Positions 34,985 to 43,592 are shown, counted from the stretch's first letter. The stretch is DNA of 64,000 bases from a virus (IMGVR_UViG_645948499_000001:1-64000), one strand, 5' to 3'. Numbers and translations: made by a program. The notes: a model not told the origin generated them from the sequence alone.

Positions 34985-35310
34985 CCAGTATACCCCTCTC
35001 CCCCTTCTCCCCCCTATACCCTACCGGGGTAGTGTCCCCCGAGCGGTGAGCGCAGCGAAGCCCGAGTGGGAGACACGGACTCCGGTAGGGTATAGGGGAT
35101 ATAGATAATTCAATATCCCTACCCCTCGACGGTATCCGTGTCTGCGGGGGCGTGCGGCTGGCGCCGGTCCCCCTTGACACTACCCCGTCTCAGGGTAGGG
35201 GGTTGGGGAGGGTTAGAGGTGAATCCCTCCCCAGGGTCCACCCGACTCCCGGCCCCCTCCGGGGGCTTGAATGTGAATTCAAGAGGGGGAGGGTGGACCC
35301 CTTTATATAT
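34985..35310. other. Palindrome-dense divergent intergenic region
   Basis: 17-bp perfect inverted repeat 35011-35027/35082-35098, several more stems and G-runs on both strands. Confidence 0.8.
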
Positions 35311-35351
35311 AAGACCGTTTCGTGATCATTTTTTAACCAGAGGTTCTACCC

Positions 35352-35777
35352 ATGAAAAAGCTGACCGCAGCAGACATCCCCGTTGTAGATTTCCCTATCG
35401 ACAGCATGCCAACTCTCAAGGCTTCCCTGGGCAAGGCACGCACAGACACCATTCGCTTCCATGGCTTGAACAAGAACGCCATCGGCGGCCCTCGTACCCG
35501 CTGGGTACAGAACCCTCACGCAAAGCGCCTCCAGAGCCTCGACAACATGTTTGTGGACCCGATGGTGGAGGATGTCTTGGTGGGCATCGCTTCGCTCGCT
35601 GAAGGCTCCCAGAAGCCGTTATCGGCCATGCGCCTGTTCAGCCTCCTGAAGGAACCCCAACTGAGTACGGACCTTCTGGCTTCGGGCATGTCCCTGGACA
35701 GCCGGCAAGCCCGCCGTTACATGGCTGCTGCCAAGCTGGCCATCTTCCACCTCAACAAGCAAAAGGAGTCCATATGA
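35352..35777 (+). CDS. Hypothetical protein with a possible C-terminal HTH
   Basis: GAGG RBS; LSTDLLASGMSLDSRQARRYM. Confidence 0.75.
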   Translation: MKKLTAADIPVVDFPIDSMPTLKASLGKARTDTIRFHGLNKNAIGGPRTRWVQNPHAKRLQSLDNMFVDPMVEDVLVGIASLAEGSQKPLSAMRLFSLLKEPQLSTDLLASGMSLDSRQARRYMAAAKLAIFHLNKQKESI

Positions 35778-36178
35778 CCAAACACCCGCTGTGCAACAAC
35801 CAACACAGCCTCCTATCCAACTGCGGCCTATGTCGTGAACTCTACAAGATAACCTCGAAAGGGGTCGTCTACGGGGTAGCCATCGAAGGACTGCCGAAGG
35901 GGTACGGAGAGGCAGCCCAGCCCAAGAAGGCAGCCACTGGCGCTGCCAAGCCGGAGAACCGTTACCGTCGGGAGATCCCCCAGGGATGGACCTGGCTTGA
36001 TGTGTACCGGCTGAACACCCTGTTCCCGATCACCTGCGACAACTCCGGTGCCATCGACCATGCACGCAAGAAGTTGCTCAACCTGGGCAACCGTAGCGGC
36101 GGTAAGTCGGTGCGGCAGGACGTGAAGGAAGCCAGGGACTCTCTCAACCGCTGGTTGGAAGACAACCCCGAGGGTTAA
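35774..36178 (+). CDS. Conserved phage protein (DUF3310/SaV-like C-terminus)
   Basis: DVY...HARKKLL..GNR.GK...QDVKEA. Confidence 0.7.
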   Translation: MTKHPLCNNQHSLLSNCGLCRELYKITSKGVVYGVAIEGLPKGYGEAAQPKKAATGAAKPENRYRREIPQGWTWLDVYRLNTLFPITCDNSGAIDHARKKLLNLGNRSGGKSVRQDVKEARDSLNRWLEDNPEG

Positions 36179-36181
36179 GCC

Positions 36182-37198
36182 ATGGCCGCTCGATATACCA
36201 ATGAGACAGGGATTCCCCTGTCAATGGCCGTCTGGCTAGCCTCGGACTACTACGACTATTCCGAGGCTGGTTTGTCGGTGACGACGATGCTGCGTCCCAT
36301 CAAGCAGACCATCCTGGCCCGACGTGTGTCCGAGGAAGCCAAGGTAGAGGATGTGGTCAACCGCATCAGCAGTGCCATGGGCAACGCCTTCCATGACTCT
36401 GTTGAGAAGGCATGGACCACAAACCATGACACAGCACTTTCCATGCTGGGCTACCCCAAGGCCATCCGTGAACGTGTCCTGGTCAACCCGACCAAGGAAG
36501 AACTGGAAGCCTTCAACTCCAGTGCCAAGGGTGGCAAGGCCATCCCTGTGTACATGGAGCAGAGGACCAAGCGGGAGTTCATGGGAATCAACATCTCCGG
36601 GAAGTTCGACTTCGTAGGAGATGGTCGGGTGGAAGACATCAAGTCGACCACCGTCTACAGCTACATAATGGGCAGCAAGGACAAGGACTACATCCTCCAA
36701 GGATCCCTGTACCGATGGCTTAACCCCGAGTTGGTGACCAAGGACACCATGCTGATCAACTTCATCTTCACCGACTGGCAGAAAGCAATGGCCAGACAGC
36801 AACCGGAGAAGTACCCCCAGACCCGAATTCAAGCCAAGGAATTCAAGCTCATGCCCTTGCGGGAAACCGAGCTATGGGTACGGAATCGGGTGAAGACCCT
36901 CATCGACCTGATCGATGCGGACGAAGACGATCTGCCCATGTGTTCGGACGAAGAGCTATGGCGGTCGGATCCGGTCTATAAGTACTATAAGAACCCCGCC
37001 AAAGCCCAGGAACGCGGAGCACGTAGTACCAAGAACTTCGACACTGAAGCCGAAGCCTTGGTTCGTCTGCGGGAAGACGGCAACGTGGGGGTAGTCAAGA
37101 CCATCCCTGGCCAGGTCAAAGCCTGTGCCTACTGCCCTGCTTTCACCGTGTGTAAGCAGAAAGACGCCTTGATCGCCTCTGGCGATCTCATCATCTAG
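36182..37198 (+). CDS. PD-(D/E)xK exonuclease (N4 gp42-like)
   Basis: GNAFH, ISGKFD...EDIKST, Q..LY, C-terminal CAYC.....C. Confidence 0.85.
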   Translation: MAARYTNETGIPLSMAVWLASDYYDYSEAGLSVTTMLRPIKQTILARRVSEEAKVEDVVNRISSAMGNAFHDSVEKAWTTNHDTALSMLGYPKAIRERVLVNPTKEELEAFNSSAKGGKAIPVYMEQRTKREFMGINISGKFDFVGDGRVEDIKSTTVYSYIMGSKDKDYILQGSLYRWLNPELVTKDTMLINFIFTDWQKAMARQQPEKYPQTRIQAKEFKLMPLRETELWVRNRVKTLIDLIDADEDDLPMCSDEELWRSDPVYKYYKNPAKAQERGARSTKNFDTEAEALVRLREDGNVGVVKTIPGQVKACAYCPAFTVCKQKDALIASGDLII

Positions 37199-37207
37199 GA
37201 GTGAGTA

Positions 37208-39346
37208 ATGCTTTCATTGGATCAGATGAAGCATCACCCCACATCCGAGCGTATCGTCGAGATTCTCTGCGAGAAAACCCAGTCGAAGAATCACCTCTTC
37301 TTCAGGGTTCTCGTGGGGTTCCACTTCTCGATGATGGCGGCTCAAATGCGTTGCTCCATCAAGACGCATGACCGTGGGGTAATCCCTGTCAACATGTACG
37401 CCATCAACCTGATGCCATCCGGTGCAGGTAAGGGCTTCTCCACGAACATCATGGAGGAACAGATCACTGGTCCTTTCCGTGAACGCTTCATGGAGAGCTT
37501 TGATGCAGCAGCTGAAGCCAACCTTCAGAAGCTGGCTTTCGAACGGTCCAGCCGTAAGGACTGCGACGAGAGCGAAGAACTCCTGCGAGTCCAGAAGGAG
37601 TTCAACCAATTGGGGCCACTGGTTTACACCTTTGACTCCGGTACGCCGCCCGCTGTGAAGCAGATGCGGCACAAACTGCTGATGGCTAACGCCGGTGCAG
37701 TCAACCTGGTGATCGACGAGATCGGATCGAACCTCACTGGTCAGATCGAAGTGCTGAACACTTTCCTCGAACTCTACGACGTGGGCGCCATCAAGCAAAA
37801 ACTGGTGAAGAACACGCAGGACAACGTTCGAGGCGAGGAGATCCGTGGCAAGACGCCTACCAACATGATGCTGTTCGGTACTCCGACCAAGCTGCTCAAC
37901 GGCAGTAAGACGGAGGAGGAATTCAACTCCATGCTGGAAACTGGTTACGCTCGCCGGTCCTTCTTCGGACTCGGTGGCGACCAGAAGAAGGTTGCCATGA
38001 CTCCGGATGAGGTTTATGACCTCATGACCAGCAACAACACCGTCCAGTTCATTGACGACCTCAGCGAAAAGTTGGAGACCCTTGCGGATCCTTCCAACAT
38101 GCGGAAGGTACTGACCATGGACAAGGACACAGCTTTGCTCATCATCGAGTACAAGCTGAAGTGCGAAGCTGAAGCTGCGGAGCTTGGTGAGCATGAGGAA
38201 ACCAGAAAGGCGGAGATCACTCACCGCTACTTCAAGGCCCTCAAGCTGGCTGGTGCCTATGCCTTCGTGGACGATAGTCCGATTCTGACTCAAGACCACT
38301 TCTATGCCGCTGTTAAGCTGGCAGAAGAATCCGGTGAAGCATTCAAGATGCTGCTGAGTCGGGACCGCACCTACGTCAAGTTGGCGAAGTACCTGGCCAA
38401 CACCAATCGCGAGATGAACTATACCGACCTGATCGAAGATCTACCGTTCTTCCGAGGCTCCAAGAGCCAGCGGGAGGAGTTGATCTTGTTGGCTACCGCA
38501 TGGGGCTACAAGAACAACGTGATCATCAAGAAGGCAATCCGCGACAACGTGGACTTCATCCGAGGCGAATCGCTCAAAGCCACCGACATCAAAGGTAGTG
38601 ACCTGATCGTGACCTACTCCCGCGACATGACGGAGGGGTACTACAACGACAAGGTGACCTGGGACAACATGGCGAAGCTGGTCGGTATGCCTAGACTCCA
38701 CTGGATTGCACACCATCTCGCAGGCGGCTACCGCAACGAAGAGAATGCCATTCCTGGTTTCAACATGGTTGTTCTCGACATTGACGGAACCTGCAAGCTG
38801 GAGTTGGCCAAGCAGTTCTTGGAAGGCTACAAAGCCATCCTGTACACCACCAAGTCGCACACCGACAGCGACCCGCACTTCCGAATCGTCCTCCCGTTGA
38901 ACTATCACCTGAAGTTCGATGCGAAGGAGTACAAGGAGTTCTACAACGCCTTGGTCGATTCGCTACCGTTCGAGGTAGACCCCCAATGCAGCCACCGCTG
39001 CAAGAAGTGGTTGACTCACGAAGGTACTGTCGAAGTCCTGGACGGTGAACTGTATGACGCACTCCCCTTCATTCCTCGCACCAGCAAGGATGAAGAGCGG
39101 CGTAGTCGTCTTCAGGATCAGAGCGACATGGACCGACTGGAACGTTGGGTAATCAACAACTCCGGTGACGGCAACCGCAACAACATGCTGCTTCGCTTCG
39201 CAATGATTCTGGTGGAGAACGGCTTCGGCTACGACACCATCAAGAATCGTGTACTTGGTTTGAACGCCAAGATGCAAGACAGCTTGGATGAAACCGAACT
39301 ACTGACGACCGTTCTCATCACGGTGCAGAAGAAGCTCGGGGTTTGA
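37208..39346 (+). CDS. DNA primase / P-loop fusion (N4 gp43-like)
   Basis: SGAGKG, IDEIG, LDID, YTTKSH, FRIVLP, PriCT-like GNRNNML. Confidence 0.88.
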   Translation: MLSLDQMKHHPTSERIVEILCEKTQSKNHLFFRVLVGFHFSMMAAQMRCSIKTHDRGVIPVNMYAINLMPSGAGKGFSTNIMEEQITGPFRERFMESFDAAAEANLQKLAFERSSRKDCDESEELLRVQKEFNQLGPLVYTFDSGTPPAVKQMRHKLLMANAGAVNLVIDEIGSNLTGQIEVLNTFLELYDVGAIKQKLVKNTQDNVRGEEIRGKTPTNMMLFGTPTKLLNGSKTEEEFNSMLETGYARRSFFGLGGDQKKVAMTPDEVYDLMTSNNTVQFIDDLSEKLETLADPSNMRKVLTMDKDTALLIIEYKLKCEAEAAELGEHEETRKAEITHRYFKALKLAGAYAFVDDSPILTQDHFYAAVKLAEESGEAFKMLLSRDRTYVKLAKYLANTNREMNYTDLIEDLPFFRGSKSQREELILLATAWGYKNNVIIKKAIRDNVDFIRGESLKATDIKGSDLIVTYSRDMTEGYYNDKVTWDNMAKLVGMPRLHWIAHHLAGGYRNEENAIPGFNMVVLDIDGTCKLELAKQFLEGYKAILYTTKSHTDSDPHFRIVLPLNYHLKFDAKEYKEFYNALVDSLPFEVDPQCSHRCKKWLTHEGTVEVLDGELYDALPFIPRTSKDEERRSRLQDQSDMDRLERWVINNSGDGNRNNMLLRFAMILVENGFGYDTIKNRVLGLNAKMQDSLDETELLTTVLITVQKKLGV

Positions 39347-39351
39347 AGATA

Positions 39352-39373
39352 GGGCCGCTTCCAGCGGCTCTTT
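39352..39373 (+). terminator. Weak terminator-like hairpin
   Basis: GGGCCGCT-TCC-AGCGGCTC-TTT. Confidence 0.45.
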
Positions 39374-39394
39374 CGATTAACTACAGAGGTGTCT

Positions 39395-40132
39395 ATGGCT
39401 CAAGTCAATGACAACTTGTTCTTGATCTCTGGCGAATCCGCTACCGGTAAGTCGCTGAGTCTCAAGAACCTGGAGAACCCCGAAGGGGTTATCTACCTGA
39501 ACTGCGAAGCTGGCAAGAAGCTGCCGTTCCGCAACAAGTTCAAGAGCTTCACTGTCACTCACCCTGAACATGTGTACGAAGCATTCGATGCACTGGAACA
39601 GGGCAAGCTGGAAGGCCACACCATCGTCATCGATACGCTGACGTACCTGATGGACATGTACGAGTCCCAGTGTGTACTGGGTTCCCCGGACACCCAGAAG
39701 GCGTGGGGTAACTACCAGCAGTTCTTCAAGAACCTGATGCAGGATTACGTGGCCCGCTCGACGGCGAACGTGATCTTCTTGGGTCACACCAAGTCGGTCT
39801 ACAACGAAGCCAGGATGATGATGGAATCGTGTGTACCGGTGAAAGGTGCCTTGAAGAACAACGGCATCGAGTCGTACTTCTCCTTGGTCATTAGCACCAA
39901 GAAGATGTCCTTGCGTGAACTGGAACCGTACCGAGAAGGCAACAAGCTGTTGACCGTCTCGCCTCTGGAAGAGTCGCTTGGTTTCAAGCATGTCTTCCAG
40001 ACCATGATCACCAAGGAAACCATCGGTGAAAGGATTCGCGGCCCCATGGATATGTGGGACACCTGCGAAACCTTCATCAACAACGACGCTCAGCTTGTAA
40101 TGCAGCGTCTCCGCGAATACTACGCGGACTGA
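39395..40132 (+). CDS. Sak4-like/AAA_24 ATPase (N4 gp44-like)
   Basis: GESATGKS, YLNCEAGK, IVIDTLT, VIFLGH. Confidence 0.85.
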   Translation: MAQVNDNLFLISGESATGKSLSLKNLENPEGVIYLNCEAGKKLPFRNKFKSFTVTHPEHVYEAFDALEQGKLEGHTIVIDTLTYLMDMYESQCVLGSPDTQKAWGNYQQFFKNLMQDYVARSTANVIFLGHTKSVYNEARMMMESCVPVKGALKNNGIESYFSLVISTKKMSLRELEPYREGNKLLTVSPLEESLGFKHVFQTMITKETIGERIRGPMDMWDTCETFINNDAQLVMQRLREYYAD

Positions 40133-40146
40133 AATAGGAGAAATTC

Positions 40147-40884
40147 ATGAGCTTTTTCAACGACGTACAAGACGACGGCAACATCCAGGAATCCGGCGAC
40201 AGCCTCGGTGGCGTTAGCCTGTTCGAATCGAACGCCTATGACCTGACCATCAAGGTTGCCTACGGCCTGACTTCCTCGACCGGCGCCAAGGGTTTGGCCT
40301 TCGAGTTCGAGCACGCCGCAACTGGCCGCACCTACAGCGAAACCTTCTATGTCACCACCGGCAAGGCGAAAGAGTGCAAGCCGTACTGGGTCGACAAGGA
40401 AGGCGAGAAGCACTACCTCAAGGGTCACGAGATCGCCAACGCGATCTGCCTGATGGCCAACGAGAAGGGCTTCAAGGAACAGACCTACGAGGACAAGACC
40501 CTCCTGCTCTGGGACTCCACCGCCAAGGAGAAGAAGCCGACCGTAGTACCGGTGGCCACCTCCCTGATCGGCACCAAGGTATGCCTTGGCATCCTGAAGG
40601 TGAAGAAGAACAAGGGCGTGAAAGGCGAAGACGGCGTTTACCGCGACACCAACGAAGTCCGCGAGTCGAACGAAGTCGACAAGGTATTCCACCCCGAGTA
40701 CAAGGTCACCCTGGCCGAAGCTCGTGCAGGCAAGCGTGAAGCTGGCTTCTACAACGAGTGGGTCGCCAAGTGGGCCGGCAACGTCAAGGACCAGTTCAAG
40801 GAAGTGAAGGGCGCTTCCTCTGGCCGTCCCGGTGCTGCCGGTGGCGGTTCTCAGCCCAAGACCAGCAGCCTCTTCGGCGACTAA
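40147..40884 (+). CDS. ssb: Single-stranded DNA-binding protein (N4 gp45-like)
   Basis: Synteny, DSLGG N-terminus, NEVDKVF, flexible tail ending SLFG; high-expression codon bias. Confidence 0.85.
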   Translation: MSFFNDVQDDGNIQESGDSLGGVSLFESNAYDLTIKVAYGLTSSTGAKGLAFEFEHAATGRTYSETFYVTTGKAKECKPYWVDKEGEKHYLKGHEIANAICLMANEKGFKEQTYEDKTLLLWDSTAKEKKPTVVPVATSLIGTKVCLGILKVKKNKGVKGEDGVYRDTNEVRESNEVDKVFHPEYKVTLAEARAGKREAGFYNEWVAKWAGNVKDQFKEVKGASSGRPGAAGGGSQPKTSSLFGD

Positions 40885-40887
40885 GCC

Positions 40888-41253
40888 ATGACGGTCCGGG
40901 AACTGCTCGAAGCCCTCAATCGTATGGTTGAGGTATACCCCGAGGGGGTAGCACGGGAACGGTTACTGGACCACACACTACGCATCCCTGTGCTTCGCCC
41001 CGGAACATGTGGGGCGAGGCCATCTGTCGATGTGATCAGTGTGGTTCCTGGCTTCGATTGGGACAACGGCTCAATGTTCGTTGAACCCAAGTCGGACGTA
41101 CAGTTAACCGTCCTGACCCCTGAACAAGTGAAAACCATCACCGCCAGCTATGCCAAGGGTACTTCCTGGTTTGCCTATCAGGAAACCAAGAAGCTGAGGG
41201 AAGAGATCCTGCGACTCAAGCAGCAACTCGAACTCCTTGGCGGGGACAAGTGA
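40888..41253 (+). CDS. Hypothetical protein (GFDWD motif)
   Basis: Operon packing. Confidence 0.75.
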   Translation: MTVRELLEALNRMVEVYPEGVARERLLDHTLRIPVLRPGTCGARPSVDVISVVPGFDWDNGSMFVEPKSDVQLTVLTPEQVKTITASYAKGTSWFAYQETKKLREEILRLKQQLELLGGDK

Positions 41254-41808
41254 ATGCCCAAGATCAACGTCTTGGGTATGGATCCCAGCCTCAGTAATTG
41301 GGGCATAGCCTGCGGCAACCTGGATACCTCCACTGGCTTGATTGAGTTCAAGCATGTCGAGGTCATCCAAACCAGTAAAAGCAAGGACAAGCAGATTCGC
41401 GTCAACTCGGCAGACCTACTCAGGGTCGAGCCGATTGCCGAGCGTCTGATTGAACTTGCTCCCCATGCCAAAGCCATCTTCGTAGAAGTCCCCGTTGGTT
41501 CCCAATCGGCTGACGCTATGAAGAGCTACGGCGTGTGCATCGGCCTACTGGCGTACATGCGTGCGCTGGGCTACCCATTCTTCCCTGTCACTGCGGCCAC
41601 GCTGAAGGTGCATGCGTGCAATTCAGCAACAGCCAGCAAGCAGGAAATGATTGAGTGGGCCACCAAGAAATATCCCGACCTGAACTGGCCACGCCAGAAC
41701 GGTAGGGTAGTGGCCAACAAATCAGAGCACATAGCCGATGCTATTGCTGCTGCTGAGGTTGGCTTGAAAGATCCCACATTCCAACAGCTGCTCAAGCTGC
41801 TTTCATAA
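41254..41808 (+). CDS. RuvC-like Holliday junction resolvase
   Basis: LGMDPSLSNWG, IFVE, ATASKQEM, HIADAIA. Confidence 0.88.
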   Translation: MPKINVLGMDPSLSNWGIACGNLDTSTGLIEFKHVEVIQTSKSKDKQIRVNSADLLRVEPIAERLIELAPHAKAIFVEVPVGSQSADAMKSYGVCIGLLAYMRALGYPFFPVTAATLKVHACNSATASKQEMIEWATKKYPDLNWPRQNGRVVANKSEHIADAIAAAEVGLKDPTFQQLLKLLS

Positions 41809-41818
41809 GGAACGATCC

Positions 41819-42199
41819 ATGATCATCACCCTGAACCAAAACGATATCGTCAAGATGCTGACCGACGGTCTGGCCGCACGTGGCCTGCCGGTAGACGCCA
41901 ACACCCAGGTAACCTTCTCGGTCACCCGTAAGGGCGGCAGCAACGTCACCGCCGAAGTCTCGCTGGGCGAAGAGCCGCAGGCTGCCAATTCGATCGAAGT
42001 TGCACAACCCGTCGTCGCCGAAAAGCCGAAGCGCGAGAAGAAGGTCGTGACCGAAGACCTGGGCAACTTCAAGGCCGCCTCCGAATCGCAAGCCGCTGAG
42101 CCGAACCCGGTCGAAGAGATCCCGGCTCAAGCCGAGGCTCCGGCCCAGGAAGCTGCCGCAGAAGCACCGAAGTCGGCTGCCGGTCTGTTCGGCGGTTAA
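41819..42199 (+). CDS. Hypothetical protein with an acidic Ala/Pro tail ending GLFGG
   Basis: AAGGA RBS; strong codon bias. Confidence 0.85.
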   Translation: MIITLNQNDIVKMLTDGLAARGLPVDANTQVTFSVTRKGGSNVTAEVSLGEEPQAANSIEVAQPVVAEKPKREKKVVTEDLGNFKAASESQAAEPNPVEEIPAQAEAPAQEAAAEAPKSAAGLFGG

Positions 42200-42206
42200 T
42201 AGGTAC

Positions 42207-42230
42207 GCCCCCGGTTCGCCGGGGGTTCTA
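42207..42230 (+). terminator. UUCG hairpin, weak terminator
   Basis: GCCCCCGG-TTCG-CCGGGGGT. Confidence 0.5.
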
Positions 42231-42244
42231 CCCAAGGGGAAACC

Positions 42245-42643
42245 ATGAAGAAAAGTCGCTACCTGCTGTCCTTCGTCACCCACACTGGTGGGGGTCTTCA
42301 GTTCACTTCCACGGTCTACTCCGTCAAGGATTCCTGTACTGGCTTCACTGCTCCGCTCATTGCAGAGATCAAGGTGAAGGGCGGTATCCATCAGGATGCA
42401 ATCCTCCTGGCCGTCTCCGATCTCGGCATGACCACAGACGCCGAGTTCAACCCGCCCTACCGTCCTGGTATGGATGCAACCGCTGCCTACCTGCACGGTG
42501 TACGAGTTGGTCTGCTCGGTGAGCAAAGCGAAAACCCGTATCCCGAGAACTCGGTAGATGCCGTTGACTTCCGCAACGGACGCATTGCTGGTTCCAGCAT
42601 GCGTGAAAACCAAGATCCCCCCCAGGATCTGAGTCCCCAGTAA
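42245..42643 (+). CDS. Hypothetical protein with an Rmf/CrpP-like C-terminal motif
   Basis: AYLHGVRVGLLG...NPY......F.NG. Confidence 0.7.
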   Translation: MKKSRYLLSFVTHTGGGLQFTSTVYSVKDSCTGFTAPLIAEIKVKGGIHQDAILLAVSDLGMTTDAEFNPPYRPGMDATAAYLHGVRVGLLGEQSENPYPENSVDAVDFRNGRIAGSSMRENQDPPQDLSPQ

Positions 42644-42745
42644 AAAGAGTGAATACCTAGCCTTAGTCCTGTAAGAGTTCCCTGAACTCACCTTTCTTTT
42701 TAGCCAGTTCTCGTAATGGTTTGGCTTACAGGACTCTTTTTACTG

Positions 42746-42774
42746 TTGACTTGCAGTGCCATAGATAGCATAGT
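42746..42774 (+). promoter_or_regulatory. Sigma70-like promoter
   Basis: TTGACT-17 bp-CATAGT. Confidence 0.5.
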
Positions 42775-42780
42775 GATCAC

Positions 42781-43010
42781 ACACAGCAACAACCAACGAC
42801 ATACAGCCACAGTCAATGGTGAACCAGAGGAATCCCCTCGTAGAACTTCCTGTCTCCTAGCCTCTGAGTTCACCCACCCTTTCTAGATAGCCAGCTTTAT
42901 GCTGGCTTTCTTATGTCTATGTCTCGTAGACATAAGGGAGTGCTCTGGCCCGTTGTGAACGGTCCTCCCCACGCCCCGCAACGGGGTCCAGACCAGAGCA
43001 CTCCACCCTT
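42781..43010 (+). ncRNA. Candidate structured RNA or long leader
   Basis: Three consecutive perfect stems of 7, 10 and 12 bp in non-coding DNA downstream of the promoter. Confidence 0.45.
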
Positions 43011-43041
43011 ACCCCGAAATACCCAAACCAAGGAGTCCCCT

Positions 43042-43242
43042 ATGGAACACACCAATGCACTCTTGGAATCCGCCCAGAGTCTGGCCAACATCCTGATCAA
43101 CGGCAGCCTGAGCAGCGCTAGCCGCAAGAACCTGGAAACCGCACTCGACACCATCACCGCTGGTCTGGTTGCAGTAGCAACCATCGACACCAGGCTGGTC
43201 GTCGAGCACCTGGAAAAAGCGGCGAGTAAAGACGGTGAGTGA
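43042..43242 (+). CDS. Hypothetical protein (66 aa)
   Basis: AAGGAG RBS before ATG 43042. Confidence 0.75.
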   Translation: MEHTNALLESAQSLANILINGSLSSASRKNLETALDTITAGLVAVATIDTRLVVEHLEKAASKDGE

Positions 43243-43579
43243 TCGTCTCCCTCATGACCGCTTCGGCGTAGGTGATGTTGTCCAGGCTGTAGCCGTGGAC
43301 AAGAAGCAGCACACCCGTGCAACCCAGGAGTTCCCCAACAAGCTTCCCGAGGAAGTGGTAGAACTTCTGGAAAGGCTGGACATGGTTTGTCTGGCTCATG
43401 AGCTTCCCTACTTCTATGCCTTCTCCATGCCGGGTGGCATCCTCTGCCGAAGTGACATCGGTCACTACCCGCAGAACCTGACCATCCCGTTCCTGATGTC
43501 CCGTGCATCCGCTGCCGGCGACGAGGGGCACATGATGGAAGTGCTGCAACAAGGCATGCCGCTCATGCAACAGCGTTAA
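43235..43579 (+). CDS. Hypothetical protein (114 aa)
   Basis: GTG start overlapping the upstream stop; start uncertain. Confidence 0.7.
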   Translation: MSDRLPHDRFGVGDVVQAVAVDKKQHTRATQEFPNKLPEEVVELLERLDMVCLAHELPYFYAFSMPGGILCRSDIGHYPQNLTIPFLMSRASAAGDEGHMMEVLQQGMPLMQQR

Positions 43580-43592
43580 TCCAGGAGGCCCG

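Noticed and set aside
35174-35202. TTGACA as a sigma70 -35 box
   Set aside because: No -10 element at 16-18 bp; the sequence there is a G-run
35138-35602. ORFs 35138-35602 and 34947-35180 across the palindromic region
   Set aside because: Pro/Gly/Arg-rich translations of GC palindromes, no RBS, and the first overlaps the better gene at 35352
36182-37198. Cas4-like nuclease suggesting CRISPR
   Set aside because: No repeat-spacer array or other cas genes; it is a core N4-like replication-module nuclease
39352-39373. TCC-loop hairpin as a vRNAP promoter
   Set aside because: Loop closed by T:A rather than C:G and followed by Ts right after a stop codon; better read as a weak terminator
42937-43008. 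Possible tRNA gene
   Set aside because: No D-loop, anticodon arm or TTC T-loop, and ends ACCC; kept only as a structured RNA candidate. No canonical tRNA was seen in the window
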